From the NCBI GenBank assembly GCA_031421755.1, contig JANOPI010000575.1:891-64890 (forward strand): a stretch of 64,000 bases of DNA, read 5' to 3'. Within the stretch, counting starts at the first letter, position 1; every line of letters begins with the position of its first letter. Made by a program: the position numbers and the translations under genes. This stretch comes from Flavobacteriales bacterium. Lineage in GTDB: Bacteria > Bacteroidota > Bacteroidia > Flavobacteriales_F > PHOS-HE28. Shown here in pieces: positions 7,954 to 17,244 of the stretch. The notes under the pieces were generated by a model. That model searched no databases and was not told the DNA's origin. It was given only the letters and a program-made list of their open reading frames with translations.

Positions 7954-10900
7954 ATGCCTCTACTCGGTGGACTTTCCGGTGGCAACCTCGCGATGGGGGT
8001 GGCCTTCCAACTGAAGGATGAGTTCAGCGGCACCGCTGCTGGCATCCAGAAGTCCATGCAACAGCTCGATCAGTACACTGATCGTATGGCCCAGAAGATC
8101 GATACGGCCATGACACAGATCCGCACCGGCTTCGCTATGGCAGCGGCCGGTGCGGTGTTGCTTGCGCCTTCGTTCATGGCGCTGGAAAAGGCCGGTGAGT
8201 ACGAACAGCTCGAGGTGGCCATGGAGACGATGCTGAAGAGCCGCGAGAAAGCGCAGGCCCTGATGCGCGAGATGGATCAGTTCGCCAAGACCACACCCTT
8301 TGAGATCGGTCCCGTACGTGACAGCGGGCGCATGCTTGTGGCGTTCGGGAAGCAGGCAGAGCAAGTGGTGCCAACGCTGAAGCTGTTGGGCAACGTGGCC
8401 GCCGGCGTTGGCATGGATATCAAGGAGCTGGCGGAGCTGTACGGCAAGAACCTCCAGCAGCCGAACCTTGCCATGCGTGACATCTGGCAAATGACGAACC
8501 GGGGTATACCGATCCTGGAGGCGCTGGCCGAGGTGATGGGTGTGCAGAAGGACAAGATCCGCGAGATGGTGGAGGCCGGACAGGTCGGGGTGCCGCAAAT
8601 GGAAGCCGCGTTCCGTGCCATGGGTGAGGGCACCGGACGGTTCGCCGGCCTGATGGGTAAGCAGGCCCTCACGATGAAAGGGATGTGGTCCAACGCGCTG
8701 GACAGCATCTCGCTCGGGCTCCAGAGCTGGGGCATGCAACTGCTACCCCTGGCAAAGAAGGTTATCGGTGCGCTACAAGGGATCCTGGACGCCTTCCGCG
8801 CGTTCGCCGAGAGCAAGGTCGGATCCTTCATCCTGAAGTCCGTGACCATCCTCGGTGCGTTGCTCGTTGTTGGCGGGCTCGTGCTGATCCTCATGGGCGG
8901 TATGCGCTTCGCCGTGTACAAGATGGCCGGTGCGTTCGGTGATATGACAAAGGCCACGATCCTCAACACCATCGCCCAGAAGGGGATGATCGCCGGCCTC
9001 CGTCAAATGGCTGTTGCTGCCTGGGCATCGATCGGTCCCTACGCATTGATCGCCGCCGGCATCATGGCCCTGGTCTTCATCATCAAGAAGGCCAAGGACA
9101 TGCTCCAAAGTGCGAACCCGATCATCTTCGCCTTCGGTGCGGCGCTGATGTTCGCCATGGGTCCGATAGGGTGGATCATCGGCGGTATCGTTCTGCTGAA
9201 GCGCGCGGTGTCCGAGTTCAACAAGGTCGGAGAGGACGGCAGCGGACTGAAGGGCGGCTTCATCGGCGTGCTCCAGAAGATCGGCGGCATCATCCAGGGC
9301 GTGATCGAACTGTGGCGCTCGTGGAACGAAGAGACGCAGACCTTCAGCCTCGGTGAGTCGATGTACAAGAAGCTGGAGAAGATGGGCCTGCTTCAAACCG
9401 TCCTGAACATCGGTACCTATATCGCCCGCATCAAGGCGTTCCTGGTCGGTGTGAAGGAGGGGTTCATGGAAGTGATGAACTGGGGCAAGCGCGCGATCAT
9501 GTCCATCTGGAACGCGCTCCAGCCGGCTGAAGAAAAGTTCACCAAGTGGGGCACCCTGGTGGACAAGGCCACCAGCTCCCTGGAACGATGGAAGAAAGCC
9601 GGCAAGGTGATCGGTATCGTGCTCGGGGTAGCATTGCTCGGACTGATCAGCTTGTTCGTGGTCCTGGGCATCGTGTCCGTGATCGCGCTCGCTGCCATCA
9701 TCATCGGCATGGCTCTGATCATCGCACCGTTCATCTTGCTCGGGTACATCCTCAAAAAGATCTGGGACGGGCTCGTGTACCTGTACGAAGCGGCGCTACA
9801 GGTGTGGCGTGGCTTCAAGTTGTTCGTGAGCGATGCGGTGACCTGGACCACTGAGCTGTGGGCATCGATCACCAGCGGTGTCCGTGGTATGTGGGACAGT
9901 GTGGTGAGCGCCTTCGATGCCATGACCAGCGCTGTGGGCAACTTCATCACGAGTGCCGGCAACTGGTTCGCTGGCCTGTGGGAAGCGATCAAGCAAGGCC
10001 CTTCCGCCGTGTGGGACTACATGGTGGCCGGCGCAGCCACGGCCTGGGCCTACATCACGAACATGTTCACCGCGATCGGTGCGACCATCTCCGGCTGGGT
10101 GGCCAGCGCAACGGGTTGGTTCTCCGGCGTATGGGACGGGATCACGCGCGGGGCCTCTGCCCTATGGTCGGACATAGTTGACGGCGCTATGGGCATCCTG
10201 GCCCCCATCCTGGCCACGTTCGCCGCGATCGGTGCTGCGGTGTCCGGCTTTGTCCAGGGTGCATTGGCTTGGGCGGGGTCGCTGTGGGCATCCCTGACGG
10301 GCGGTGCTGCGGCCGCATGGGACTACCTTACCTCCGGGGCAAGCGGGGCACTTGACGCGATCACGGGCCTTTTTTCCGGCATCGGTGACACCATCTCCGG
10401 ATGGGTGGACAGTGCCACCGCTGCTGTAGGTGGACTGTGGGACCGGATCAAGAGCGGGCAGGCGTGGGATGACTTCGTGAACGCGCACGTGCGGGCCAAG
10501 GACAGCCTCGTGTCAGCGGTGCGCGATATGGACAACGCCACGGGCGGTTACCTCCAGCGCGGTGTAGCGGGCCTGCGGCAACTGTGGGCAGCGGTGGAGA
10601 ACGGTACCATCTGGAGCACGCTGAAAGATCGGGCTGTGGCTACCTGGGATGCCATCCGCAACGGGGTGGAACAGGTGAGCCCGACCGTTGCCCGTTTCAT
10701 GGACGGGGTGAAGTCCCAGGGCCGTGATCTGTGGAACGCGTTCCAGACGGGCAACCTGTGGGAGACATTGAAGGCCAAGGCCGGCAGCGCCTTTGACACC
10801 ATCGTGGGAGGTGTGGCCAAGGTGAGCCCGACGCTCGCGAGCTTCATCACCAACGTGAAGGATCAGGCCGTGGGCCTGTGGGACGCGTTCCGTGCCGGCA

Positions 10901-12432
10901 ATTTGTGGGACACGTTGAGGGACAAGGCCACCACTGCCTGGAACGCCATACGTGAAGGCGTGCAGCGGGTAGGCCCAGCGATCACCAGCTTCATGAGCGG
11001 AGTGAAGTCCCAGGGCGTGGACCTGTGGAACGCATTCCAGACCGGTACACTGTGGGACACCCTGAAGAGCAAGGCCACCAGCGCATGGAACGCTATACGC
11101 GACGGCGTGGCCAGTGTGAGCCCTGTTGCAGCCGGCTGGATGGATACGTTGAGGGACAAGGCCGTGAGCCTTTGGAACGCGTTCGAGTCCGGTAGTATTT
11201 GGGACACCCTGAAGAACAAAGCAGCGGCCGCGTGGGATACCATCTCCGGCGGCATCGCCAAGGTGAGCCCCACCCTTGCAAGCTGGATGAACAGCGCCAA
11301 GTCACAAGCCGCGGATCTGTGGGCAGCGTTCCAGAACGGTACGCTGTGGGACACCCTGAAGAGCAAGGCCAGCTCCGCACTGGCCGCGATAGGGGAACCG
11401 CTCAACGGTATCCGTGAGCGGATCGTGGGCCTGTTCCAAAGCGGTCAAGCCTGGGCCGGTGAGTTCTTCAGCACGCTGCGCAATGATCCGGGTGCGGCCT
11501 GGGACATGCTGAAGGAAGCGGCATCGAGCGTGGCCACCCGTGTGCGTTCGGCGTTCAGTGATATGAAGGACGCCGTAGGCGGATGGGTTCGTACCTCCAT
11601 GCCCTGGCTCGCTGATCTGTGGGAGAGTGCCAAGGCCGGCGCAGCTTCGATGTGGGCAGGTGTTACCGGTGCGGTGTCCGGTATGCGCGCCGCGTTCGAT
11701 GGCTGGATCCAAAGTGCCCTTGCATGGACCAGCTCACTGTGGGCATCGGTCACCTCGGGAGCTGCTGCCATGTGGTCCAGCGTAACGGGTGCCGTCTCCG
11801 GCATGGCCAGCGCGATCGCCTCCTGGATCGGTGGAGCGATCACCACGGTATCGAATGGCTTCGCGGCAATGGGCAACGCCATCTGGTCCTGGATCACCAA
11901 CGCGGTGAGCTGGGTGTCAAGTGGCTTTGCCGCCATGTACAACGCGGTGACGGGCTGGGTGAACAGCGTGATAGGCTGGATCACTCAACTGCCTTCAGCG
12001 ATCTACAACGCCGGCGCGAACATGGTGACCGGTCTATGGGACGGGATGAAGAGCAAATGGGCAGCGTTCAAGGACTGGCTGGCCTCCGCTGTTGGTGGCA
12101 TACCACTGCTGGGCTCCGCGCTGAAGTTCATGACCGGTGCGGCGGGTTGGGCCGGCGGCTTGCTCGGTGAACAGGGCAAGGAAGAACAGGGCACCGCCGG
12201 CGTTGCCGAAACGGGACCGAAGCGGGCCGATCTGTTGGGCGCTACTGCACAGAACAACGTGAACAAAGCACGCGGTCCGATGCTTCAGCCGGCGATGGCA
12301 CAGAGCCCAGGCGCTGCGCTCATGCAACCGGTTATCCACAGGACGAACATCATCAAGATCGGTGACCGTGAGATGGGCCGCTTCATGGAGGATGAACAGG
12401 AGGACGGTCTGTCCCGCAACAACGGTATCTGA
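7954..12432 (+). CDS. tail tape measure protein
   Basis: 1492 aa. TMP core-like region (FAKTTPFEIGP..LLGNVAAGVGMDIKELAELYGK..NRGIPILEAL), hydrophobic segments, and Trp-periodic Ala/Gly-rich repeats. Its position after the chaperone fits. Confidence 0.9.
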   Translation: MPLLGGLSGGNLAMGVAFQLKDEFSGTAAGIQKSMQQLDQYTDRMAQKIDTAMTQIRTGFAMAAAGAVLLAPSFMALEKAGEYEQLEVAMETMLKSREKAQALMREMDQFAKTTPFEIGPVRDSGRMLVAFGKQAEQVVPTLKLLGNVAAGVGMDIKELAELYGKNLQQPNLAMRDIWQMTNRGIPILEALAEVMGVQKDKIREMVEAGQVGVPQMEAAFRAMGEGTGRFAGLMGKQALTMKGMWSNALDSISLGLQSWGMQLLPLAKKVIGALQGILDAFRAFAESKVGSFILKSVTILGALLVVGGLVLILMGGMRFAVYKMAGAFGDMTKATILNTIAQKGMIAGLRQMAVAAWASIGPYALIAAGIMALVFIIKKAKDMLQSANPIIFAFGAALMFAMGPIGWIIGGIVLLKRAVSEFNKVGEDGSGLKGGFIGVLQKIGGIIQGVIELWRSWNEETQTFSLGESMYKKLEKMGLLQTVLNIGTYIARIKAFLVGVKEGFMEVMNWGKRAIMSIWNALQPAEEKFTKWGTLVDKATSSLERWKKAGKVIGIVLGVALLGLISLFVVLGIVSVIALAAIIIGMALIIAPFILLGYILKKIWDGLVYLYEAALQVWRGFKLFVSDAVTWTTELWASITSGVRGMWDSVVSAFDAMTSAVGNFITSAGNWFAGLWEAIKQGPSAVWDYMVAGAATAWAYITNMFTAIGATISGWVASATGWFSGVWDGITRGASALWSDIVDGAMGILAPILATFAAIGAAVSGFVQGALAWAGSLWASLTGGAAAAWDYLTSGASGALDAITGLFSGIGDTISGWVDSATAAVGGLWDRIKSGQAWDDFVNAHVRAKDSLVSAVRDMDNATGGYLQRGVAGLRQLWAAVENGTIWSTLKDRAVATWDAIRNGVEQVSPTVARFMDGVKSQGRDLWNAFQTGNLWETLKAKAGSAFDTIVGGVAKVSPTLASFITNVKDQAVGLWDAFRAGNLWDTLRDKATTAWNAIREGVQRVGPAITSFMSGVKSQGVDLWNAFQTGTLWDTLKSKATSAWNAIRDGVASVSPVAAGWMDTLRDKAVSLWNAFESGSIWDTLKNKAAAAWDTISGGIAKVSPTLASWMNSAKSQAADLWAAFQNGTLWDTLKSKASSALAAIGEPLNGIRERIVGLFQSGQAWAGEFFSTLRNDPGAAWDMLKEAASSVATRVRSAFSDMKDAVGGWVRTSMPWLADLWESAKAGAASMWAGVTGAVSGMRAAFDGWIQSALAWTSSLWASVTSGAAAMWSSVTGAVSGMASAIASWIGGAITTVSNGFAAMGNAIWSWITNAVSWVSSGFAAMYNAVTGWVNSVIGWITQLPSAIYNAGANMVTGLWDGMKSKWAAFKDWLASAVGGIPLLGSALKFMTGAAGWAGGLLGEQGKEEQGTAGVAETGPKRADLLGATAQNNVNKARGPMLQPAMAQSPGAALMQPVIHRTNIIKIGDREMGRFMEDEQEDGLSRNNGI
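10582..11463 (+). repeat. six tandem 147-bp (49-aa) repeats inside the tape measure gene
   Basis: LW(N/D)AFxxGxxWDTLKxKAxxAWxxIxxGVxxVSPxxxxxxxxxKxQxxx units start exactly at 10582, 10729, 10876, 11023, 11170 and 11317. The last unit is diverged. Confidence 0.85.
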
Positions 12433-12908
12433 TGGCAGGAATATCCACCACCGGCGGCCGCTGGTACTTCGTGGCCCTCAGCTCCCTGGAACGGCTTGAA
12501 ATGCAATTCGTGCCGGAGAAGTTGAGCATCAACCGCCAACCCAGTGTGCAACAGGTCGAGATCGTTGGTGCGAACCTGCCGAAGCTCCAGCACCAGGGCG
12601 GTGAACGCACGCTCAGTTTTGAGCTGGACTTCTACGCACAGGACGCGAACCGAGAAGACGTGATCAAAAAGTGCCTGTGGATGGAAAGTCTCACCTACCG
12701 TGATGGGTCCGACAAGCCGGCGGAAAAGGTGCGCATGATCGCTGGCCGCCTCTTCAACAAGGATATCTGGATGGTCAAGACCGTCCAGTACGATCTGAAG
12801 ATGTTCAATAAGAAGTTCGGTTACCTACCGTCCCAAGCGTACATCCAGGTGACGCTCGTGCAGGACGGTGACCTGGAGCCCAAGGCACGTGACGTGAAAC
12901 GGTTCTGA
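12432..12908 (+). CDS. tube-fold protein (putative tube initiator / baseplate-tube junction)
   Basis: 158 aa. MQFVPEKLSINRQPSVQQVEIVG..GGERTLSFELDFYA resembles the N-terminal pattern of the contractile-system tube family. It follows the tape measure gene. Confidence 0.45.
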   Translation: MAGISTTGGRWYFVALSSLERLEMQFVPEKLSINRQPSVQQVEIVGANLPKLQHQGGERTLSFELDFYAQDANREDVIKKCLWMESLTYRDGSDKPAEKVRMIAGRLFNKDIWMVKTVQYDLKMFNKKFGYLPSQAYIQVTLVQDGDLEPKARDVKRF

Positions 12909-12910
12909 TC

Positions 12911-13237
12911 ATGGCAGACAATACCACCATCGAGCTGCGCCGTACGAACCTGTACGGCAACGCGTTCTTCCTCCAGTTCCCCGATGGCACCCAGCAAGTG
13001 GTGCGCGAGCGCGTGGAGTGGGTGGGGGGCACCGGTGACCAGTACCACACCGTGCTTGAAGGTGACGAGCTGCCGTTCATCGCCTGGAAATACTACGGAC
13101 GCCGTACCGAGAACGCCGGAGAACTGTGGTGGGTTATCGCCGACGTGAACGGCATCGTGAACCCCTTCGGCATGGATGAACTGATCGGCACTCAGCTTTT
13201 GATCCCGAACTATGACAAGTTCCAGATGCGGCTATGA
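12911..13237 (+). CDS. LysM-like tail protein (P2 gpX-like)
   Basis: 108 aa. YHTVLEGDELPFIAWKYYG..WWVIADVNGIVNPF..GTQLLIP is a LysM-like motif. Confidence 0.6.
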   Translation: MADNTTIELRRTNLYGNAFFLQFPDGTQQVVRERVEWVGGTGDQYHTVLEGDELPFIAWKYYGRRTENAGELWWVIADVNGIVNPFGMDELIGTQLLIPNYDKFQMRL

Positions 13238-14499
13238 GATCCCCGTTTCTCCGTGTGTACCTGGGTAAGCAGGACGGGAAAGAGATCTCGTCCTGGGTGC
13301 GCTCGTTGAAGTTCGAGGACTCGATCGGCAAGGACAACAAGGTGACCATCTCCGTGTTCCAGCGTCACGTGATGGACCTGCTGGATGACAAAGTGATCAA
13401 GGAGAAGGGTGAGGTGTGGTTCCAGTTCGGGTTCGTGGAAGGGGCCGCCAGTGAGATGCACCGCGCCAAGATCGCGGACGTGAACGTGACCTATGGGGCC
13501 ACCATTGACCTGGAGATATCGGCGGTGGACAAGGGGAACATCATGAAGAAGTCCACATCCACCAAGGTGTGGAGCGGAAAAACTACCAAGCAGATAGTGA
13601 CCGAGATCGCTCATCGGTACGGTATGGAGGTGGAGATGAACTTCAACGGGCAGGTGTGGAAGAGCCTTCCACAAGGCAACAAGAACGATCTGGAGTTCCT
13701 TCAGTTCCTGGCCAAACGTGAAGAGGGCGGCAAGTACAGCGTGTTCGTGCGCGGTAACACGCTGTACTTCGTTGAGCGTGGGCTGTCAAAGACGAGCACC
13801 TGGACGATCATCTACAAGCAGGACAGTGAGCTGATCAGCTTCAAGCCACGGTGGAAGGAACAGGCCGCGAGCGGTGCCCCGAACAGTGTGACCGTTGCCG
13901 GCAACAACGTGGCCGGCGAAGAGGTGAACCCGAAGAAGGACCAGAGCGATACCAGCCTGGGGGAAAAGCGGGTGATCATCGACACCAGCGCCAACGTGCT
14001 GGGCATCGTGCAGGACGGTGTGGCCACCGCGTACACTGGCCACGATGCCAACGGTGAGGTGACCAGTGTATCGCCGGCCTCCGCGATCAAGACCACGGGG
14101 AAGAAGATCGTGACCGCCGTGGAGAACGCCGGCGAAGCCAAGGCACTTGGCCACCATGAACAGAACAAGGCGGCGCTGAAAGTCTTGACCGCTACCCTGG
14201 AGCTGAACGGGAACGCGCTGATCAAGCCGGATCAGATCATCACCATCGGCGGGGTACACCCATCGCACGAGGGGAACTGGTACGTGGAAAGCATCACGCA
14301 CTCCCTGGACGGCAACAAGTACACGTGCAGCCTGGAGCTGAACCGCAACGCGAGCAAGACGGGCAAGACCGAGGCGAAGAAGAAGAACAAGACCGAGGGT
14401 CCGGAACAGCCGAAGAACGTGACCAAGAAGGTGATCATCGACGCCAGCACGGGCAAGCCACTTGGTTTGCAGAGCGGTGACAACGTGAGCAAACTATGA
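13234..14499 (+). CDS. baseplate hub protein (late control gpD / VgrG-N-like)
   Basis: 421 aa. GKTTKQIVTEIAHRYGMEV..NDLEFLQFLAKREEGGKYSVFVRGNTLYF is gpD-family-like. Synteny fits. Confidence 0.7.
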   Translation: MRSPFLRVYLGKQDGKEISSWVRSLKFEDSIGKDNKVTISVFQRHVMDLLDDKVIKEKGEVWFQFGFVEGAASEMHRAKIADVNVTYGATIDLEISAVDKGNIMKKSTSTKVWSGKTTKQIVTEIAHRYGMEVEMNFNGQVWKSLPQGNKNDLEFLQFLAKREEGGKYSVFVRGNTLYFVERGLSKTSTWTIIYKQDSELISFKPRWKEQAASGAPNSVTVAGNNVAGEEVNPKKDQSDTSLGEKRVIIDTSANVLGIVQDGVATAYTGHDANGEVTSVSPASAIKTTGKKIVTAVENAGEAKALGHHEQNKAALKVLTATLELNGNALIKPDQIITIGGVHPSHEGNWYVESITHSLDGNKYTCSLELNRNASKTGKTEAKKKNKTEGPEQPKNVTKKVIIDASTGKPLGLQSGDNVSKL

Positions 14500-15200
14500 G
14501 CCTGCTGCACGACTTCCGCATGATGCTGGCCAACTACGGGCTGGAACACTTCAACCGGTACTATGCTACCTACAAGGGTGTAGTGGTGGACAACAAGGAT
14601 CCGGAGTTCATCGGTCGGCTCATGCTGAAGGTCACCCAGGTGTGGGGGAACGATATCCACCGCTACTGGGCACCGAGCGTGGGCATGCCGGCGGGGGCCA
14701 AGGGCCTGGGCCTGTTCATGGTGCCGAACGTGGGGGATATCGTCTGGGTCAGGTTCGAGGCCGGTGATATACGTTTCCCCATCTGGGAGTATGGACCGCT
14801 CACCAGGGCGAAGACATCCATCCACGCCAAGACAGGTCACCCCGATCAGGCCAAGGCCGTGGTGCTTCAGCACACCAACGGCTACCGCATCGTGATGGAT
14901 GATGTGAAGAAGAAGATCGTGATCGAAAGCGGTTCACTGCACATGATCATCGACGGCCTGACCAACAGCATCCGGTTCGAGAGTACCACCGGGGTGGCGA
15001 TCCAACCCGCTGTGCTGGGAACTACTCTTGTGGCTGACCTGAACGAACTGATAGCCGATATCGGGATGATAGCGGGCATCGTGGTCCCTGGGGCCAGTGC
15101 CACGTTGCCCATCGCTTCCTCCCCGCAATTCGCACCTTTGGTGGCGAAGTGGGCCGCCAAGTTCCCGCTCGCACTCAGTCAGATAGTGAAGCTCCAATGA
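14496..15200 (+). CDS. baseplate spike / assembly protein V (gp5 OB-fold-like)
   Basis: 234 aa. YKGVVVDNKDPEFIGRLMLKV..PNVGDIVWVRFEAGDIRFPIW is a typical gpV/gp5 N-terminal motif. Confidence 0.7.
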   Translation: MSLLHDFRMMLANYGLEHFNRYYATYKGVVVDNKDPEFIGRLMLKVTQVWGNDIHRYWAPSVGMPAGAKGLGLFMVPNVGDIVWVRFEAGDIRFPIWEYGPLTRAKTSIHAKTGHPDQAKAVVLQHTNGYRIVMDDVKKKIVIESGSLHMIIDGLTNSIRFESTTGVAIQPAVLGTTLVADLNELIADIGMIAGIVVPGASATLPIASSPQFAPLVAKWAAKFPLALSQIVKLQ

Positions 15201-15583
15201 TCCAGCAAGACTACCTCGGTATCGGCCTGCGTGACCCGCTGCTGTTGCAGAACGGGGAAGGTGTGACCATCACCGGCGCGGGGTTGATCGAACAAAGCAT
15301 CGGCCGCATCCTGGGTGAACAGGTGGGGGAACGGTTCTTCGGTTACGACTTCGGATCCAGGATCGACGAGATACTGTTCGAGCCCAACGACGAGGTGCTG
15401 ATCGACCTGTTGCAGATGTTCGTGTTCGAGGCCGTGGCACGGTGGGAGAAGCGAGTGAAGATCGACACGGTGAACATCGTGCAGGACGGAGCCAAGATCT
15501 ACGCGGAGGTAACCGTGCTGATCCTCGGTAGCAATGAGATCACCACCTACGTGTACCCCTGGTACCGCAAACTGATGGACTGA
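15197..15583 (+). CDS. baseplate wedge protein, gp25/gpW-like
   Basis: I placed the start at ATG 15197 (ATGA overlap). GAGLIEQSIGRILGEQVGERFFGYDFGSRIDEILFEPND is a GPW_gp25-like motif. Confidence 0.75.
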   Translation: MIQQDYLGIGLRDPLLLQNGEGVTITGAGLIEQSIGRILGEQVGERFFGYDFGSRIDEILFEPNDEVLIDLLQMFVFEAVARWEKRVKIDTVNIVQDGAKIYAEVTVLILGSNEITTYVYPWYRKLMD

Positions 15584-17244
15584 TGGCACTACAGAACCCG
15601 TGGGTGGGCTACTTCACCCGGACATACGAGCAGATCAAGGATCAGGTGCTCACCACCATGCAAACGCTGGTGCCTGAGATCACGGACCACACGCCCAGCA
15701 ACATCTTCGTGAAGATGGTGGGTATCTGGGCCGGCATCGCCGAAATGCTCGGGTACTACGTGGATGCCATGGCGCGCGAGGCATACATCGGAACCTGCCG
15801 CCGGCTATCGAGCGCCCTGGCCATCGCCAACCAGCTTGACTACCGCGTACACGCATGGGTAGCGGGAACCGGTGAAGTGACCTTCAGCTCTGACCTTCCG
15901 GTGACGGCTGACTTCCTGATCCCCGCCGGCACCCAGGTTGAAACTGCGGACGGCGTTCGTTTCTCTACCACCCAGGACTGCACGATCCTCAACGGCCAGT
16001 CAACGGTGGATGTACCGGTAAGGCAGCATAGTGATGTGCTCCTGATCGCGTCCTTCGTGGCCACCGGTGCAACGTTCCAGGAATACCAACTGCCTACGGA
16101 CCTTGCGGACGGACAGGTGACCGTGAAGGTGAACGGCATCACATGGCTGGGACAAGAAACCCTGGCCTACAGCATCGCCGGCTCGCGCCACTACGTGCAA
16201 ACGGTGAACCGCAACGAGATACCCGTGGTCCGTTTCGGTGATGATGTGATGGGTGCAGCTCCACCAACGGGCCAACCGATCCAGGTGTATTACTACCAGA
16301 CCCAGGGTGCGGACGGCAACGTAGGTCAGGGGTCCATCATCACTATCGTTACCCCGATCGGAGTGCCTTCAGGTGCTACCAACGTGTTCGTGACCAACCA
16401 AGTGCGCGTCTCCGGTGGAACGTTCAACGAAGACCTGGAGAGCCTGCGCAAGCGGATCCCCATGTCCCTGCGCGTGATGGACCGCGCTGTGACCCGTCAG
16501 GACTACATCGATAGCGCGGAGCTGGTGGACGGTGTAGCAAAGGCCGGTGTGGTGTACGAGTGCGGCAAGACGGTGGACATTTACATCGTGCCCGAAGGCG
16601 GAGGTATCGCCAGCGATGCGCTGTGCTCTGACACGTTCGACTACCTGGATCCGCGGCGAATGATCACCACCCAGGTACGCGTGTTCCCCGCCGGTGAGGA
16701 CCGGACCACGATCCTGATGGACCTGCACGTGTTGCCGGGGTACAACGTGGCCTTCGTGGTGTCCGAGGTGAAGGCGGCACTGGCCCTGTTCCTGAGCTAC
16801 CAGAACCAGGAGATCCAAGGTGCGCTGTACCTCTCCGATCTGTACGAAGTGATCGAAGCGGTGGATGGTGTAGGCCATAGCTTGATCAACTCGGTGCTCG
16901 TGAAGCCGTACGCGCACCGCGTGCCGCCCACTACGCTCAACCTCAACTGGACGGTGAACGCGCTCTTCCCATCCACCCAGACGATCAAGTGGGATCTCAT
17001 AGCGATCAGCGGTACACAGTTCCACCTGATGCGCAATGGTGAGTTCTGGAGCACCGTAGATGTGGCCGTGGCCGAAGTCACTCCTGAGATCAATTTCACG
17101 ATCAACGCTGCGGCATACACCGTGGGCGATACGTGGCTCTGGTATACCTACCCGAGCAATATCGATGACGTGGGACAGGTCCAGCTTGAAGATCCGAGCA
17201 TCTTCGTTTCCCTCTTGACGGATATCACCATCATCACCGTCTGA
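15583..17244 (+). CDS. baseplate J-like protein (gp6/gpJ family)
   Basis: 553 aa, directly after the gp25-like gene and before the gpI-like gene. It starts with a TGATG overlap. Confidence 0.7.
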   Translation: MALQNPWVGYFTRTYEQIKDQVLTTMQTLVPEITDHTPSNIFVKMVGIWAGIAEMLGYYVDAMAREAYIGTCRRLSSALAIANQLDYRVHAWVAGTGEVTFSSDLPVTADFLIPAGTQVETADGVRFSTTQDCTILNGQSTVDVPVRQHSDVLLIASFVATGATFQEYQLPTDLADGQVTVKVNGITWLGQETLAYSIAGSRHYVQTVNRNEIPVVRFGDDVMGAAPPTGQPIQVYYYQTQGADGNVGQGSIITIVTPIGVPSGATNVFVTNQVRVSGGTFNEDLESLRKRIPMSLRVMDRAVTRQDYIDSAELVDGVAKAGVVYECGKTVDIYIVPEGGGIASDALCSDTFDYLDPRRMITTQVRVFPAGEDRTTILMDLHVLPGYNVAFVVSEVKAALALFLSYQNQEIQGALYLSDLYEVIEAVDGVGHSLINSVLVKPYAHRVPPTTLNLNWTVNALFPSTQTIKWDLIAISGTQFHLMRNGEFWSTVDVAVAEVTPEINFTINAAAYTVGDTWLWYTYPSNIDDVGQVQLEDPSIFVSLLTDITIITV

